Assembly (NCBI GenBank): GCA_030390025.1
Contig: CM059432.1
Span: 62,064,001-62,128,000, forward strand
Reading direction: 5' to 3'
Length of the DNA: 64,000 nucleotides
From: Squalus acanthias
Taxonomy: Eukaryota
A program made the position numbers and the translations under genes. This document shows positions 23,945 to 37,002 of the stretch, one piece after another (the stretch's first letter is position 1; the number at the start of each line of letters is the position of its first letter). The notes beneath the pieces were generated by a model. It was not told the DNA's origin. It saw only the letters and a list, made by a program, of their open reading frames with translations, and ran no database searches.

Positions 23945-24330
23945 ATAACATAAAAACATAAATAGGAGCAGGAGTAGGCCTTTCGAGGCTGCTCCGCTAT
24001 TCAATAAGATCATGGCTGATCATCTACCTCAACTCCACCTTCCCGCACTATCCCCATATCCCTTGATTCCCTTAATATCCAAAAATCTATCGATCTTTGT
24101 CTTGAATATACTCAATGACTGAGCATCCACAGCTCTCTGGGGTAGAGAATTCCAAAGATTCACAACCCTTTGAGTGAAGAAATTTCTCCTCATTTCAGTC
24201 CTAAATGGACAACCCCTTATTCTGAGACTGTGACCCCTGGTTCTAGACTCCACAGCCAGGGGAAACTTCCTCCCAGCATCTACCCTGTCAAGCCCTTTAA
24301 GAATTTTATATGTTTCAATGAGATCGCCTC
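23945..24330 (-). mobile_element. CR1 3' fragment adjoining a short L2 remnant (~23850-23945)
   Basis: ESRTRGHSLRIRG..RRNFFTQRVV and 3'UTR; L2 motif gcgaggccatggacggatttgaaaacaaggatgagaat immediately to the left. Confidence 0.85.
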
Positions 24331-24535
24331 AAATTCTAATGCAAGTTTTCCAGGAAAACAAAACTTATCATTTAAACACAGTGGCCCGTATTTTCCGATG
24401 CCTACGGGTATGTACAGGCTGTGTACACACCCATAGGGACGTCGGAAATGCCAGTTTCAGGCATGCGAAGCACATGTGCTGAAAACCGGCATTTCTGATC
24501 TGTCAAGAATGCTCTTGACAGATCGGACGCCTGCC

Positions 24536-24905
24536 CATGGCTACAGTGTGTACCATCTACAAGATGCACTGCAGCAACTCGCCAAGGCTTCTTCGGCGGC
24601 GCCTCCCCAAACCCGCAACCTCTACCGCCTAGAAGGACAAGGGTAGCAGGCGCATGGGAACACCACCGCCTGCAAGTTCTCCTCCAAGTTACACACCATC
24701 CTGATCTGAAAATGTATCACCTTTCCTTCATTGTCGCTGGGTGAAAATCCTGGAACTCCCTACCTAGCGGCACTATGGGAGTACCTTCACCACATGGACT
24801 GCAGCGGTTGAAGAAGGCGGCTCACCACCATCTTCTCGAGGGCAATTTGGGTTGGGCAATAAATGCTGGCCTTGCCAGCGATGTCCACATCCCAGGAATG
24901 AATTA
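24536..24905 (+). mobile_element. LINE family B 3' end, preceded by a MITE fragment (~24383-24535)
   Basis: accatctacaagatgcactgcagc ... gggcaataaatgctggccttgccagcg tail. Confidence 0.85.
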
Positions 24906-25077
24906 AAGAGTCAGCTACTGAATAACATACTAAATCAATAAATTTCAATTAGGATTACACCTAAAAAATGAGATTATTCCTACTTCATTGCAGGAATGTG
25001 AGACTCTTTAGGTAATGGCTACTTAAATATTTTGGTTGCTTGGGTAGTAGAGCGAGTGTAGAGAGAAGTGAAAGTGT

Positions 25078-25773
25078 TATAAGAACATAAGAAGTAGGAG
25101 CAGGAGTAGGTCATACAACCCTTTGGGCCTGCTCCGCTATTCAATAGGATCATGGCTGATCCGAACTTAGACTCACATCCACTTCCCTGCCCGCTCCCCA
25201 TAACCCTTAATTCCCTTATCAGCTAGGAAACTGTCTATCTCCGTTTTAAATTTATTTAATGTCGCAGCTTCCACAGCTCTCTGAGGTAGCAAATTCTGTA
25301 GATTTACTACCCTCTGAGTGAAGAAGTTTCTCCTCATCTCAGTTTTGAAACGACAGCCCCTTATTCTAAGATTATGCCCCCTAGTTCTAGTCTCACCCAT
25401 CAGTGGAAGCATCCTCCTCGCATCCACCCGATCAAGCCCTCTCACAATCTTATATGTTTCGATAAGATCGCCTCTCATTCTTCTGTATTCCAATGAGTAG
25501 AGGCCCAACCTACTCAACCTTTCCTCATAAGTCAACCCCCTCATCTCCGGAATCAACCGAGTGAACCTTCTCTGAACTGCCTCTAGAGCAAGTATATCTT
25601 TTCTTAAATATGGAAACCAAAACTGTACGCAGTACTCCAGGTGTGGCCTCACCAGTACCCTGTATAGCTGAAGCAAGACTTTCCCTGCTTTTATACTCCA
25701 TCCCCCTTGCAATAAAAGCCAAGATTCCATTGGCCTTCCTGATCACCTGCTGTACCTGCATACTAACCTTCTG
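25078..25773 (-). mobile_element. CR1 3' fragment
   Basis: LYRVLVRPHLEYCVQFW..MRGDLIETYK; ttcttatg tail. Confidence 0.9.
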
Positions 25774-27504
25774 TTGTGTTGTGGAAAAGGATCTTCACCT
25801 TCAGGTGTACTTTAGTCCGTTGTTATTAAATGTCCCAGAAAAATCCTAGTTTTATGAAAAATTGTTCAGGGGAGAGAATAAAACAATTTCTGCATGTGTG
25901 ATTCCTCCTGATGACTTACTGCATTTAAGCCATAATTAAACCCAAGTGACAAAGTTGTGACCCAGTTATGGATTTGCAAATGGTACATATATTGCAAACT
26001 GCAAAGGCCATACTAACTACAGTACTTTTAAAGTTATTAATTAGCTGAAAATTTTAGATATTAAAAATGTAAAATACCCTGGGAAATTTTTTTGTGTGCA
26101 ATAGTTCCCCGTGACATCACTGATTTAGTCTTGAAGTAGTGCTAAATATGGTCAGTGGGATTTGGAGGTTCAGTCATCAAATGTTCAACAGGCTGAACAT
26201 TTTCTTCTTACTGGCATGAAGTGGGGAATCAAAATAAGTTTTCATTGTTGCTGATCAGTACTCTTTCTGATTGCAAAGTTGCTTGTTCACAAGTCATACA
26301 GTCCTAGTTAGTTAAATGTACCCCAGAAAACTGTTTTGTCAGTAACACTGACTGAACTAAACTCCTTTTGACGCAGTAGGCTATTTACACACAACAGACC
26401 CTGTGTAACCCCAACAACCAGTGCACCCTCAACCAGAGATCTTTGCATTTATCATCGCTTAATGCTGTATTTTGCTAGTGCAGCTAACTTACTATTAATT
26501 CAGTTCAGTCTTATTCTTTTTAATAGAATCAGAAATGGGACTTTGCCAAATGCCTTATGATAACACAAATAAATTACCATCCACTTAATTGTCTTTGTCT
26601 ACCAATTCTGTTATCACCTCAAGGAATTCCATAGGCTTGTGAAGCACTGTTACTTCAAAATCATGCTGATTATTCTTTATGGCCTCTGCACTCTTCAGAT
26701 GAACATTGATGGAGCATATTAAAGGATGCTATCTAAGTATTTTCCCCACTACTAATATTGGGCTAACTGGTGCACAACATTGAGATTTTGTGCGCTGCAT
26801 TGATATTTACATATGTTAATACACAACAGGCTTTGCTGAAGGAATTGATGTAAGAATTTTTCCTTCCGTGCCAAATATTGTAGATTTCACTCTTTCTTCC
26901 TCAACCACCAGCCATCGGCCTTGGCTGATAGTGTAGACCCTGAAAGTGAATTACTGCCTCTAAGTAACTTCATGAAAGGGCTATTTAATGCCATGATGCT
27001 GCAGCCTAGCTTAACAATCCAGTTTCTAGTCTTGGCATTGCTAGAGTGTATGCTGTCTTTGGCCAGAACATCCCTGTGCTGCAGGATGAATATCATATGT
27101 CACTAACCATCCACTTCCAGAGAAGCTTTTGTAAAAATGTGTAGATATTATGAAACTCAGTTAGGTGTTGACGACTCCCTCAATCTTGATAAAAGAGGTT
27201 GCTAAGATTTTTCTACAGGAGTCAGGATTGTCAAGAAATTGCTATTAAGTCCTAATGAAAGGAAAATTCTATATGCATTTATTCTGTTTTTCTGCATCTC
27301 CAGGGTTGTTTGCAAAATTTTTATCAAACTAGAAGACACTAATACTGGAAACTTCATACTGCCTGAAGAAAAACTGGTTCTTTTTCTTAAACTGTGTACT
27401 GACCAGCCAAAAGCAATTATTTACCAGCAGGGATTGTCGTCCGAGCTGAAGGCCACATCTAGCACAGCTTCCTTTTGATGACTCTTGAGAGGACCAATTT
27501 AATC

Positions 27505-27603
27505 AGGCAGAAACATTCTTGGGTGTTAATAGGATTTGTATTGTGTAAGGGTTTCTCCCTTTTATAGTGCAAACCTTATTAACACCCAAGAATGTTTTTG
27601 CCT
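27505..27603 (+). repeat. 99-nt inverted repeat (47-bp stem, 5-nt loop)
   Basis: Arms 27505-27551 and 27557-27603; 39/47 Watson-Crick pairs plus 6 G-U pairs on the + strand. Confidence 0.9.
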
Positions 27604-27634
27604 TAGAAGCTTAATACAAAATGGAAAGAATTTA

Positions 27635-29000
27635 GGGCCAATTTTAACCCAATCTGCCTGGTGGGTGGGTAGTTAATATCATGTCTGAGGGCTCTCCACA
27701 CCCTTCTCGCCGCTCCACCATTTTAACTCGCCAGTTTCTCGCTGTGTCAGGCCCGTCCCAGACGAGTAGGGTCCTAATTAAAAGTGAAAGTTGTGCTCCA
27801 ATGACGTTATACCTCCCCCCGTTGCATTTTAACTCCAATTCTTAGATGTCCAGCCCAGTTTCTGACCTGCCAACAAAACCTATCAGGATTGTTGTCTGGG
27901 AGCTCCTGAAGCACTATAAAAGGGGACTCTCCGCTACAGCTCGCTGGATCATAGGATCTTTTGCTGTCTGATTTGCCAGGAGAGTTTCCAGCTTCCAGAC
28001 CGCTACTTCTATATTTTTGTTGCCGTACAACCCTTTAGTCAGTTTTCTCTACTTATGATGAGATCTTGCTTCTTTGTTCTGGATGAAGCAAGACTTAGAG
28101 GAGCATCCTCAGCAACCACTAACACCAGCACCTGGGCCTCTCAGGATGAGGCTGTCATGCCCTCTGCACGCTCCTGCAAGAGGACTTGCTGTGTGCTGGA
28201 GGCGTGCAATGCCAGTAGCCTTCAAAGTCACCACAGCCCTGAACTTTTACGCCACTGGATCTGTTCAGTCTGGTACAGGAGACATCAGCCACATCTCACA
28301 GTCTGCAGTTCACAGCTGTATTAAACAGGTGACCGACAACCTCTTTGCCAGGGTTAAGCAGTACATCACCATTCCCACTCTCATCTGCAGTCAGCGTGAT
28401 AAAGCTTGTGGCTTTGCAGCAATGGCTGGTTTCCCTCGTGTGCAGGGTGTGATTGGCTGTGCACACATTGCTAACGGGAGACCGAAACACGAGCCCGACA
28501 GCATTTGTAAATAGAAAAGGATAACTCTGTTAATGTCCAGCTAGTGGCCGATCACAACATCATCAAACAGGTCTATGCATGGTATCCAGGGAGCTGCTAC
28601 AATGCTTTTATACTCGAACACACTTCCATCCCCCTGCTATTTGACCATGTGAGGAACATGACAGGATGGGTGCTGGGGGACAAGGGATAACCCCTACAGA
28701 CCTCGTTTTTGATACCTGACCCTGCCCAAGCAGCACAGATACCATTGAAGACATGGCATAACTAGGAGTCTTACAGGCACACAATCAGAATGCTGAAGCA
28801 GAGGTTTTGGTGTCTGGACCATTCGAGGGGTTTCCTGCAATTTGTCTCCAGACCTGGGCGAAGGAGAGGACGCAGCAGAGGAAGGAGGGCCAGCTCAATG
28901 CCTTGCAGTCAAAGATGTCCGGGATCCGCTCATAACTCAGTGATTCTGCTGAGCTTCTCGCACCCTGCCCTGAGAACTTAGACAGAGCCCCTCAGCATAG
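27635..29000 (+). mobile_element. Decayed PIF/Harbinger transposon with DDE transposase remnant (~28040-28850)
   Basis: KVTTALNFYATGS.Q, GFPRVQGVIGCAHI, NVQLV.DH, YPGS, W.LGDKG and LKQRFWCLD motifs broken by stops and frameshifts; left end TTA|gggccaattttaacc; right end not found. Confidence 0.85.
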
Positions 29001-29011
29001 CAGAAAGAAAT

Positions 29012-29214
29012 AAAAGACTTGCATTTATATAGTGCCTTTCATGACCTTGGGATGTCCCAAAGTGCTTTACAGCCAATGTAGTACTTTTGAAGTATAGTCA
29101 CTGTTGTAATGTAGGAAACGCAGCAGCCAATTTGTGCACAGCAGGGTCCCACAAACAGCAATGTGATAATGTCCAGATAATCTGTTTTTTTTGTGCTGAT
29201 GATTAAGGGATAAA
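29012..29214 (-). mobile_element. Deu-SINE 3' half
   Basis: gacttgcatttatatag tail and 3' part of the Deu domain. Confidence 0.8.
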
Positions 29215-29599
29215 CAGTCCCTTCATCCTTCACTGACGAACTTTCAAACCATTCAGATAACTTCTACATCAATATAAACTCAGAAACTGCCATGAAACTG
29301 CACTGCAGACCAAAGTGCTAAATATTATAAAGGTGATTAATTTAATGCCAAACATAATAATTGTCTTGCATTCATTTCTCACCCAGATGAACAACCCGTA
29401 GTGCTTTTCTTTAAAGAAGGTTTCCGAACTCGACTACTCTTAGAAAGTGCTGGCCTAATTGCCTGACGAGCTGGTTGAAGGCTACCGATTTTCATGTGGG
29501 TAGTCTTGAGATGCTCGTGGCCAGTGACGTCCAGGGGATCGAGTCTGTGAGGCTGTTGCAACTCGGCTCCTGCTGGGGTAGACTGCGCCAGCTGACTTT

Positions 29600-31315
29600 T
29601 TAAAAATTTGTTCATGGGATGTAGACGTCGCTGGCAAGGCCAGCATTTATTGCCCATCCCTAGTTGCCCTTGAGAAAGTGGTGGTGAGCTGCCTTCTTGA
29701 ACTGCTGCAGTCCGTGTGGTGAAGGTACTCCCACAGTGCTGTTGGGGAGGGAGTTCCAGGATTTTGACCCAGCGACGATGAAGGATCGGCGATATATTTC
29801 CAAGTCAGGATGGTGTGTGACTTGGAGGGGAACTTGGAGGTGGTGGTGTTCCCATGCGCCTGCTGCCCGTGTCCTTCTAGGTGGTAGAGGTCACGGGTTT
29901 GGGAGGTGCTGCCGAAGAAGCCTTGGTGAGTTGGTGCAGTGCATCTTGTAGATGGTACACACTGCAGCCACGGTACACCGGTTGTGGAGGGAGTGAATGT
30001 TTAAGGTGGTGGATGGGGTGCCAATCAAGTGGGCTGCTTTGTCTTGGAGGGTGTCAAGCTTCTTGAGTTTTGTTGGAGCTGCACTCATCTGGGCAAGTGG
30101 AGAGTATTCCATCACACTCCTGACTTGTGCCTTGTAGATGGTGGAAGGGCTTTGGGGAGTCAGGAGGTGAGACACTCGCTGCAGAATACCCAGCCTCTGA
30201 CCTGCTCTTGTTGGCACAGTATTTATGTGGCTGGTCCAGTTAAGTTTCTGGTCAATGGTGACCCCCCAGGATGTTGATGGTGGGGGATTCGGCAATGGTA
30301 AAGCCATTGAATGTCAAGGGGCGATGGTTAGACGCTCGCTTGTTGAAGATAGTCATTGCCTGGCACTTGTGTGGTGCGAATTTTACCTGCCACTTATCAG
30401 CCCAAGCCTGAATGTCGTCCAGGTCTTGCTGCCTGCGGGCATGGACTGCTTTATTTGAGGAGTTGCGAATGGCACTGAATACTGTGCAGTCATCAGCGAA
30501 CATCTCCAATTCTGACCTTATGATGGAGGGAAGGTCATTGATGAAGCAGCTGAAGATGGTTGGGCCTAGGACACTGCCCTGAGGAACTTCTGCAGCGATG
30601 TCCTGGGACTGTGATGATTGACTTCCAACCACAACAACCATCTTCCTTTGTGCTAGGTACGACTCCAGCCAGTGGAGAGTTTTCCCCCGACTCCCATTGA
30701 CTTCAGGTTTACTAGGGCTCCTTGATGCCACACTCGGTCAAATGCTGCCTTGATGTCAAGGGCAGTCACTCTCGCCTCACCTCTGGAATTCAGCTCTTTT
30801 GTCCATGTTTGGACCAAGGTTTTAATGAGGTCTGGAGCTGAGTGGTCCTGGCGGAACCCAAACTGGGCATCAGTGAGCAGGTTATTGGTGAGTTAAGTGC
30901 TGCTTGATAGCACTGTCGATGACAACTTCCATCACTTTGCTGATGATTGAGTGTAGACTGATGGGGCGGTAATTGGCCAGATTGGATTTGTCCTGCTTTT
31001 TGTGGACAGGACATACCTGGGCAGTTTTCCACATTGTCGGAGAGATGCCAATGTTATAGCTGTACTGGAACAGCTTGGCTAGAGGCGTGGCTAGTTCTGG
31101 AGTACAAGTTTCAGCACGACAGCCGGGATGTTGTCGGGGCCCACAGCCTTTGCTGTATCCAGTGCGCTCAGCTGTTTCTTTAATCGTGGAGTGAATCGAA
31201 TTGGCTGAAGACTGGCTTCTGTGATGGTGGGGACCTCAGGAGGAGGCTGATATGGATCATCTACTCTGCACTTCTGGCTGAAGATGGTTGCAAACGCTTC
31301 AGCCTTGTCTTTTGG
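29600..31315 (-). mobile_element. LINE family B, 5'-truncated (RT region and 3' end)
   Basis: [38 protein letters not shown]; family tail at 29600-29670. Confidence 0.9.
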
Positions 31316-32557
31316 CACTTACTGGCACTATAGTGGATATTGGTTGAGGGGATGCCGAATGTACAGACCTGCTGACATCCTGAGAGCCCAGCATGTACTG
31401 CTCCTATTACGCTACTGCCACTCTCCTGGGGCTGGGGTTCCTCACTTCCACTGATCTGCAGGAGAGCAGATTGCAGAACAGTGACACATTAATGGCATTT
31501 TATAGTACAGGTATGTTGATATTTGATTAAAATATTTTCAATTTCTTGTGAATCATCATGCATTAATGTTGCTTCAACATCCATTGGTGTGTAATATATC
31601 TATCTGTACCTTATAAAGTGTGCATCTGTGCACACTTCCTGTCTGCACAACTTGACCCCTGTTACCTTTTTGTAAGTTTTTCTATTGTAAATTCCTGTGC
31701 CAATATTTATAATTGTTGCCGATGTAAACTTCACAAATCGTTCAAAATGCTTTTGAACTTTTTTGTATTACCCAATAACTGAAATTTCAAATGTCAAAAA
31801 TAAGGTTTTAAAAACATTTAAAAAAAAAATCAGAATGAATACATGTTTCACAATAATATGATTACATTTATCCATTGAATTGTCTTTTGTGTCTTTTAAT
31901 GCACACTAACCAACTCAGTCATCAGGGGATCGTGGGCTGAAGTATTTGTGTACCCTGGATTGGCAACCTCTCCACTTTGGTAGGGCTGTTTGGGAAAGTC
32001 GAAATTCAGCACTTCGGCAAAAGTGAAGGTGCAATTGGAAATCAAGTTACTTTTCCACAGTGCAGAGCAGCACAGGCCTAAAAGCAGTTTGCCTGCCCCT
32101 CATCTATGGAGTGCTGCAGCGGGACCCAAGAGGATAAAATATATTACAATTGATCCACACCCCCCTCCCTCCCATGGTTTTTACATGCTTCTGTACCAAT
32201 CTTGTAGTATGTATTTACAGTGCAGAGCAGCAGCCAGCACCTAAAATGTGTCAGCAGGCAAGTATATAAAATACTGTAAGTTCTGATCAAAGAAGGTAAT
32301 AATGAAGGCAGAGTGTTGTCATAAATGTGAAAAACAAGCTGTAATAAAATCTAACCTAGTGCTAAATGATTGATGATGGAAAAAGAATCTGTGCATAATT
32401 GTCAGCTCTAGAAATTTTTCTCCATTCTTTATTTTTAAAAATGTGGTATGACTATTGTAATTGATCAGTTTCTTCAACCTGATTCTTCCCTCGACCCGCA
32501 CAAAGGTACATTTAAAACTCAATGTTGTGTAAATAACTTGGATCTTTCTTGTTCTAG

Positions 32558-32813
32558 GCAGCAGAAGATATTTTGGAGTTTTCATCTGATAACGAAAGCA
32601 CAAAAGAAAGTGAGCTGTGTGCAAAGCCCATTCAATCTATTTCTGGACAACCAAATATATCTACTTGTGGATCTGAACATGGAAAGACCTCTGTCAGATC
32701 AGCGAGCAATTGGTTGAAAAGTGCACAAGCATTTCTGCAGACGCCTGAGAAGCAAGAGAGAAAGCAATTCAAAACCCCAGAAGATTCTGCCAAAAAGAGA
32801 AGAAATTTCTAAG
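32558..32813 (+). CDS. SPIDR: SPIDR internal coding exon (phase-0 start); apparent 1-nt deletion near its 3' end
   Basis: Acceptor ctttcttgttctag|, donor aag|gttagc; encodes AAEDILEFSSDNE..SASNWLKSAQAFLQTPEKQ..KTPEDSAKK; the KTPEDSAKK-(FL)R/GGLAERL junction is characteristic of SPIDR. Confidence 0.85.
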
Positions 32814-34839
32814 GTTAGCCAGGATGACTGTTGTATTTTTTGTTTGGTAATGCAAATACTGAAGATTTATCAGTCATGGTTCTTTTTGTCTTGCAGTAAT
32901 TTTACTTTTGGAATTTCTCTTCAAATATTTTATGTCTTTAATGAAAGATTACTGGGAAATATTAGACCAACGGCTAGATTAAATATTTCTATAAATCTCA
33001 CAGTGGGCTCGCCCTTCTAGAATAAATTTCAGTTGTACCAAACAATGCTTCATACTTGCAGTCTGCATTTTACATTCTGAATAAATGTACAACAAATTTC
33101 TTAACACTGAGCTAGTTATACATGCTAAGCTAAAAGCAGAAAAAAGCTGACCAACCATTTCAAAAATAGTTGATGCAATTCCAAAAAAGCCGACAGGCAT
33201 AAACAGTCCTGAATACAGGCCTTGCGATGTATGAATAGTAGGAATAAGACTGAAACTGCAGTGGGACACTGGCTTGGGCTACAAGTATACACAATATGCA
33301 ATCAATTGCAAGGCAAAAAAAAACCTGAAGTGCACCTGTAGCAGTGGTAAATTCAGAAGTTACTGAAGGGGGTGCTAAAGTTGCAAGATTTATTTTCTTG
33401 TGGGGTTTGGGGGTGTGCCCACATCCAGAAAATGTTGTTGTTTGATACTTCAGTTTGTTTTCTGACGTTTTGGAGCTACTGTAATGCCAGCCAAAAATTA
33501 TTTCTCCTGGAAGGTTCGCAGATATTTTAAATATGAAAAGTAAAAATAGGCGTAGGGATTTCAGTCCCCCTTTATAGTGTCCAGATCATTTAATTGGAGC
33601 TTGAATTGCAGATGCATCATGTTCATTTTGTGAAATGAAACCTTTAACAACATGTTGACAATAAACCAAAGCTGTGTATTCTACAAGACAAATATGTCGA
33701 GCACATCGATCCCTGTCCTCTGTCCCAGGACCTTCTGACAACCCAGAGGCAGGCATGGGGTTACATGGATTGAGGGCATGCAGATCTATTTTAAGTAAAC
33801 AATTTTTATTTTTAAGTAGTTTAAGACAGGCTAAGGGCGAGTCCATATCATAAAAACAAAACCTTAGAATTGAGTTCTGATGACAGGGCACACTCAAAAA
33901 TCAATCTTTACTTTTTCCCCTTTTAGATGCTGATCGACCTGCTATGTATTTCGTACATTTATAATTTTATGTTAAAACACGAAGCTGGAAATGACTGTTG
34001 ATGATGATAATGGAAAACGTAACTTGTTTGTATGTAATTTTGAATATACGATTTGAATGGAGGCATTAACCATTTGATTTGCAGAATCTGACACGGGGAG
34101 CTGTGTTTTGTACTCGCAGATGGGCCTGACTGACTTCTAGTTTTGTGTTTGCAGTTTATTATACTCTTCACATTTCCCTGTGAATGTTGAATACGAATAT
34201 GGATAATGCGTGTTCTTATTGTGTGGGAATAAAGGGACCTCCATCACAAGCTTGCAAACAGACTCAAAGCAGATTTCCAAGTTACAGGACATAACCGGGC
34301 ATTGTGTTTCTAGGGAAAATTGTAGTTCTGGAGTGAAGTTGCTGCGTTACAGCAATATTTTTTGTGTCTCACTGCAATATGGGGCAGTACTTTAAACTTA
34401 TTAAAGTTATAAAGGCATAAAACTGTATCCGATCGGCCACCTGTCTGATTTTCCTTTACGTTGAAGTCAGTGCTGAAATTGAAAGTTTCTCCCTTAGATT
34501 TTGCACTTATGATGTGTATACCAATTGTAAAAACAAAAGCTCTATGTGGTTAACAGAAAACGAGGTTCAAAATTCTGCTGATGAATCACAATTCAAGGTT
34601 TGTTGTAATATTGAACAATGTTGTTACTCTTTTATAAATCAAGTTGTGAATGACAAAGTGCACATGCAATACTGCTGCCCAGACAGATAGGCTAGCTGAC
34701 TTTTAATTGAGTCTTCACACTATTCTCTCTACGAGCGAGCCTTTGGCTTTAGTGGTGGCATTCCCGCCTCTGAGTCAGAATGTGCAGGTTGAGGTTAATT
34801 AAGGTTTGAACTCCGCTCCAGACAGTCCCAGCGAGTGGA

Positions 34840-35385
34840 GTGAGGCCATGACGGTATTTGAACACAAGGATGAGAATTTTAAATTTTGAGGTTTTGGGAG
34901 ACAGAGAGTGAATGTAGGTCAGTGAGGAGAGGACTGATGGACGAGTGGGAATTGCTGTGGGATAGAAGATCAGCAGCAGAGCTTTGTATGAGCTGAAGTT
35001 TATAGACGGTGGAGGATCTGAGGCTGGTCAGGAGCACATTGGAATAATCGATTCTTGAGGTGACAGTAGTACAGCTGAGGGTTTCAGCAACAGATAGGCT
35101 GAGGTGGAGGCGGGGAATGTTACGGAGGTGGAAGTAGGCCGTCTTTGTGATGGAGAGAATATGAGGTCGGAAGCTCAGCTTGGGGTTGAATGGATGCCAA
35201 GGTTGCAAACATTGCAGTTCAGCCTTAAACAATGGTCGAGGAGGAGGATGGAGTGATTGACGAGTGCAATGTTTGTGGCCGGGGCCGAAGACACTGACTT
35301 CTGTCTTTCCAATACTTAGCTGGAGGAAATTGTGGCTAATCCAAGAATGGATGTCGGACAAGCAGTCTAACAGCACAGAGGCATC
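34840..35385 (-). mobile_element. L2 LINE fragment
   Basis: CLSDIHSWISHNFLQLSIGKTE, AYFHLRNI, SRIDYSN, LQLIQSSAA. Confidence 0.85.
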
Positions 35386-35761
35386 CTCAACTTCATGATG
35401 CCATTGTATTATCAGATTGCTTGTCATAGCCATCAATTAATGGATGATCCAGAACCTATTACAGTGTAAACATTGGCCAGACCGAAGCCATTCTGTTCAG
35501 ATATGACAAAAACTCTGTACCTTTAACCTCAACTCCATCCCCCTCCCCAGCTGCTCACTCAGGCCCATTACAATGATTCGAGTATACATTTTGAGAGTAT
35601 TCCACATTTTATAATGTAAACATTTTCATTACTGATATATTGCTCGGTTATGTGAAATAGCATCTATGCCGATGTACTTATGAACATTATGGGTGTGAGA
35701 ACAGTGTTTGTCATTGTGATGTGGAATACTCCAAACCACATGCCACATTAATATCTAAATG

Positions 35762-36420
35762 ATCAACATCCTGGGGGTCACCATTGACCAGAAACTTAAC
35801 TGGACCAGCCACATAAATACTGTGGCAACAAGAGCAGGTCAGAGGCTAGGTATTCTGCGGCGAGTGTCTCACCTCCTGACTCCCCAAAGCCTTTCCACCA
35901 TATACAAGGCACAAGTAAGGAGGGTGATGGAATACTTGCCTGGATGAGTGCAGCTCCAACAACATTCAAGAAGCTCGACACCATCCAGGACAAAGCAGCC
36001 CGCTTGATTGGCACCCTATCCACCACCTTAAATATTCACTCCCTTCACCACCGGCGTATCATGGCTGCAGTGTGTACCATCTACAAGATGCACTGCAGCA
36101 ACTCGCCAAGGCTTCTTCGACAGTACCTCCCAAACCTGCGACCTCTTCCACCTAGAAGGACAAGGGCAGCAGGCGCATGGGAACACCACCACCTCCAAGT
36201 CACACACCATCCTGACTTAGAAGTACATTGCCGAGCCTTCATCGTCGCTGGGTCAAAATCCTGGAACTCCCTCCTTACTGTGGGAGTACCTTCACCACAC
36301 GGACTGCAGCGGTTCAAGAAGGCGGCTCAGCACCACCTTCTCAAGGGCAATTAGGGATGGGCAAGAAATGCTGGCCTTGCCAGCGGTGCCCACATCCCAT
36401 AAACGAATTAAAAAAAAAAA
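35762..36420 (+). mobile_element. LINE family B 3' fragment
   Basis: NILGVTIDQKLNWTSHIN...; family tail followed by an A tract. Confidence 0.9.
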
Positions 36421-36609
36421 ATGATGGCAGGAGTCAACGATCAGAGAGAATCACATGAGCCAGGCGTTTTCAAAAATGCAGCAACCACACTTAGGTAGTA
36501 CTGTTAACCTGGGGTTCATATGAAATGATACGTGTGGGGAAGAATATTGTCGTCAAGAAAAGAGACAGGACCAGGAGGACAAAGCTGTTAGCCTAGAGAA
36601 AACATATAC

Positions 36610-37002
36610 TACAACAACAACTTGTATTTATATAGCGCCTTTAACGTAGTAGAACGTCCCAAGGCGCTTCACAGGAGTGTTATAAGACAAAAATTTGACA
36701 CCGAGCATATAAGAAATTAGGGCTGATGGCCAAAAGCTTGGTCAGAGCTAGGTTTTAAGGAGCGTCGTAAAGGAGGAAAGAGAGGCGGAGAGGGTTAGGG
36801 AGGGAGTTCCAGAGCTTAGGGCCTAGGCAGCTGAAGGCACAGCCACCGATGGTTGAGCGATTATAATCAGGGATGCTCAAGAGGGCAGAATTTGAGGAAC
36901 GCAGATATCTCGGGATGGGGGAGGCGGGTCGTGGGGCTGAAGGAGATTACAGAGATAGGGAGTGGCGAGGCCATGGAAGGATTTGAAAACAAGAATGAGA
37001 AA
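36610..37002 (-). mobile_element. L2 LINE 3' end
   Basis: ggcgctatataaatacaagttgttgttgt tail on the minus strand; L2 3' sequence. Confidence 0.85.

Noticed and set aside
28074..28514. Domesticated HARBI1 gene
   Set aside because: Stops, frameshifts and loss of catalytic aspartates (GVIGCAHI, GSCYNA) indicate a dead transposon copy.
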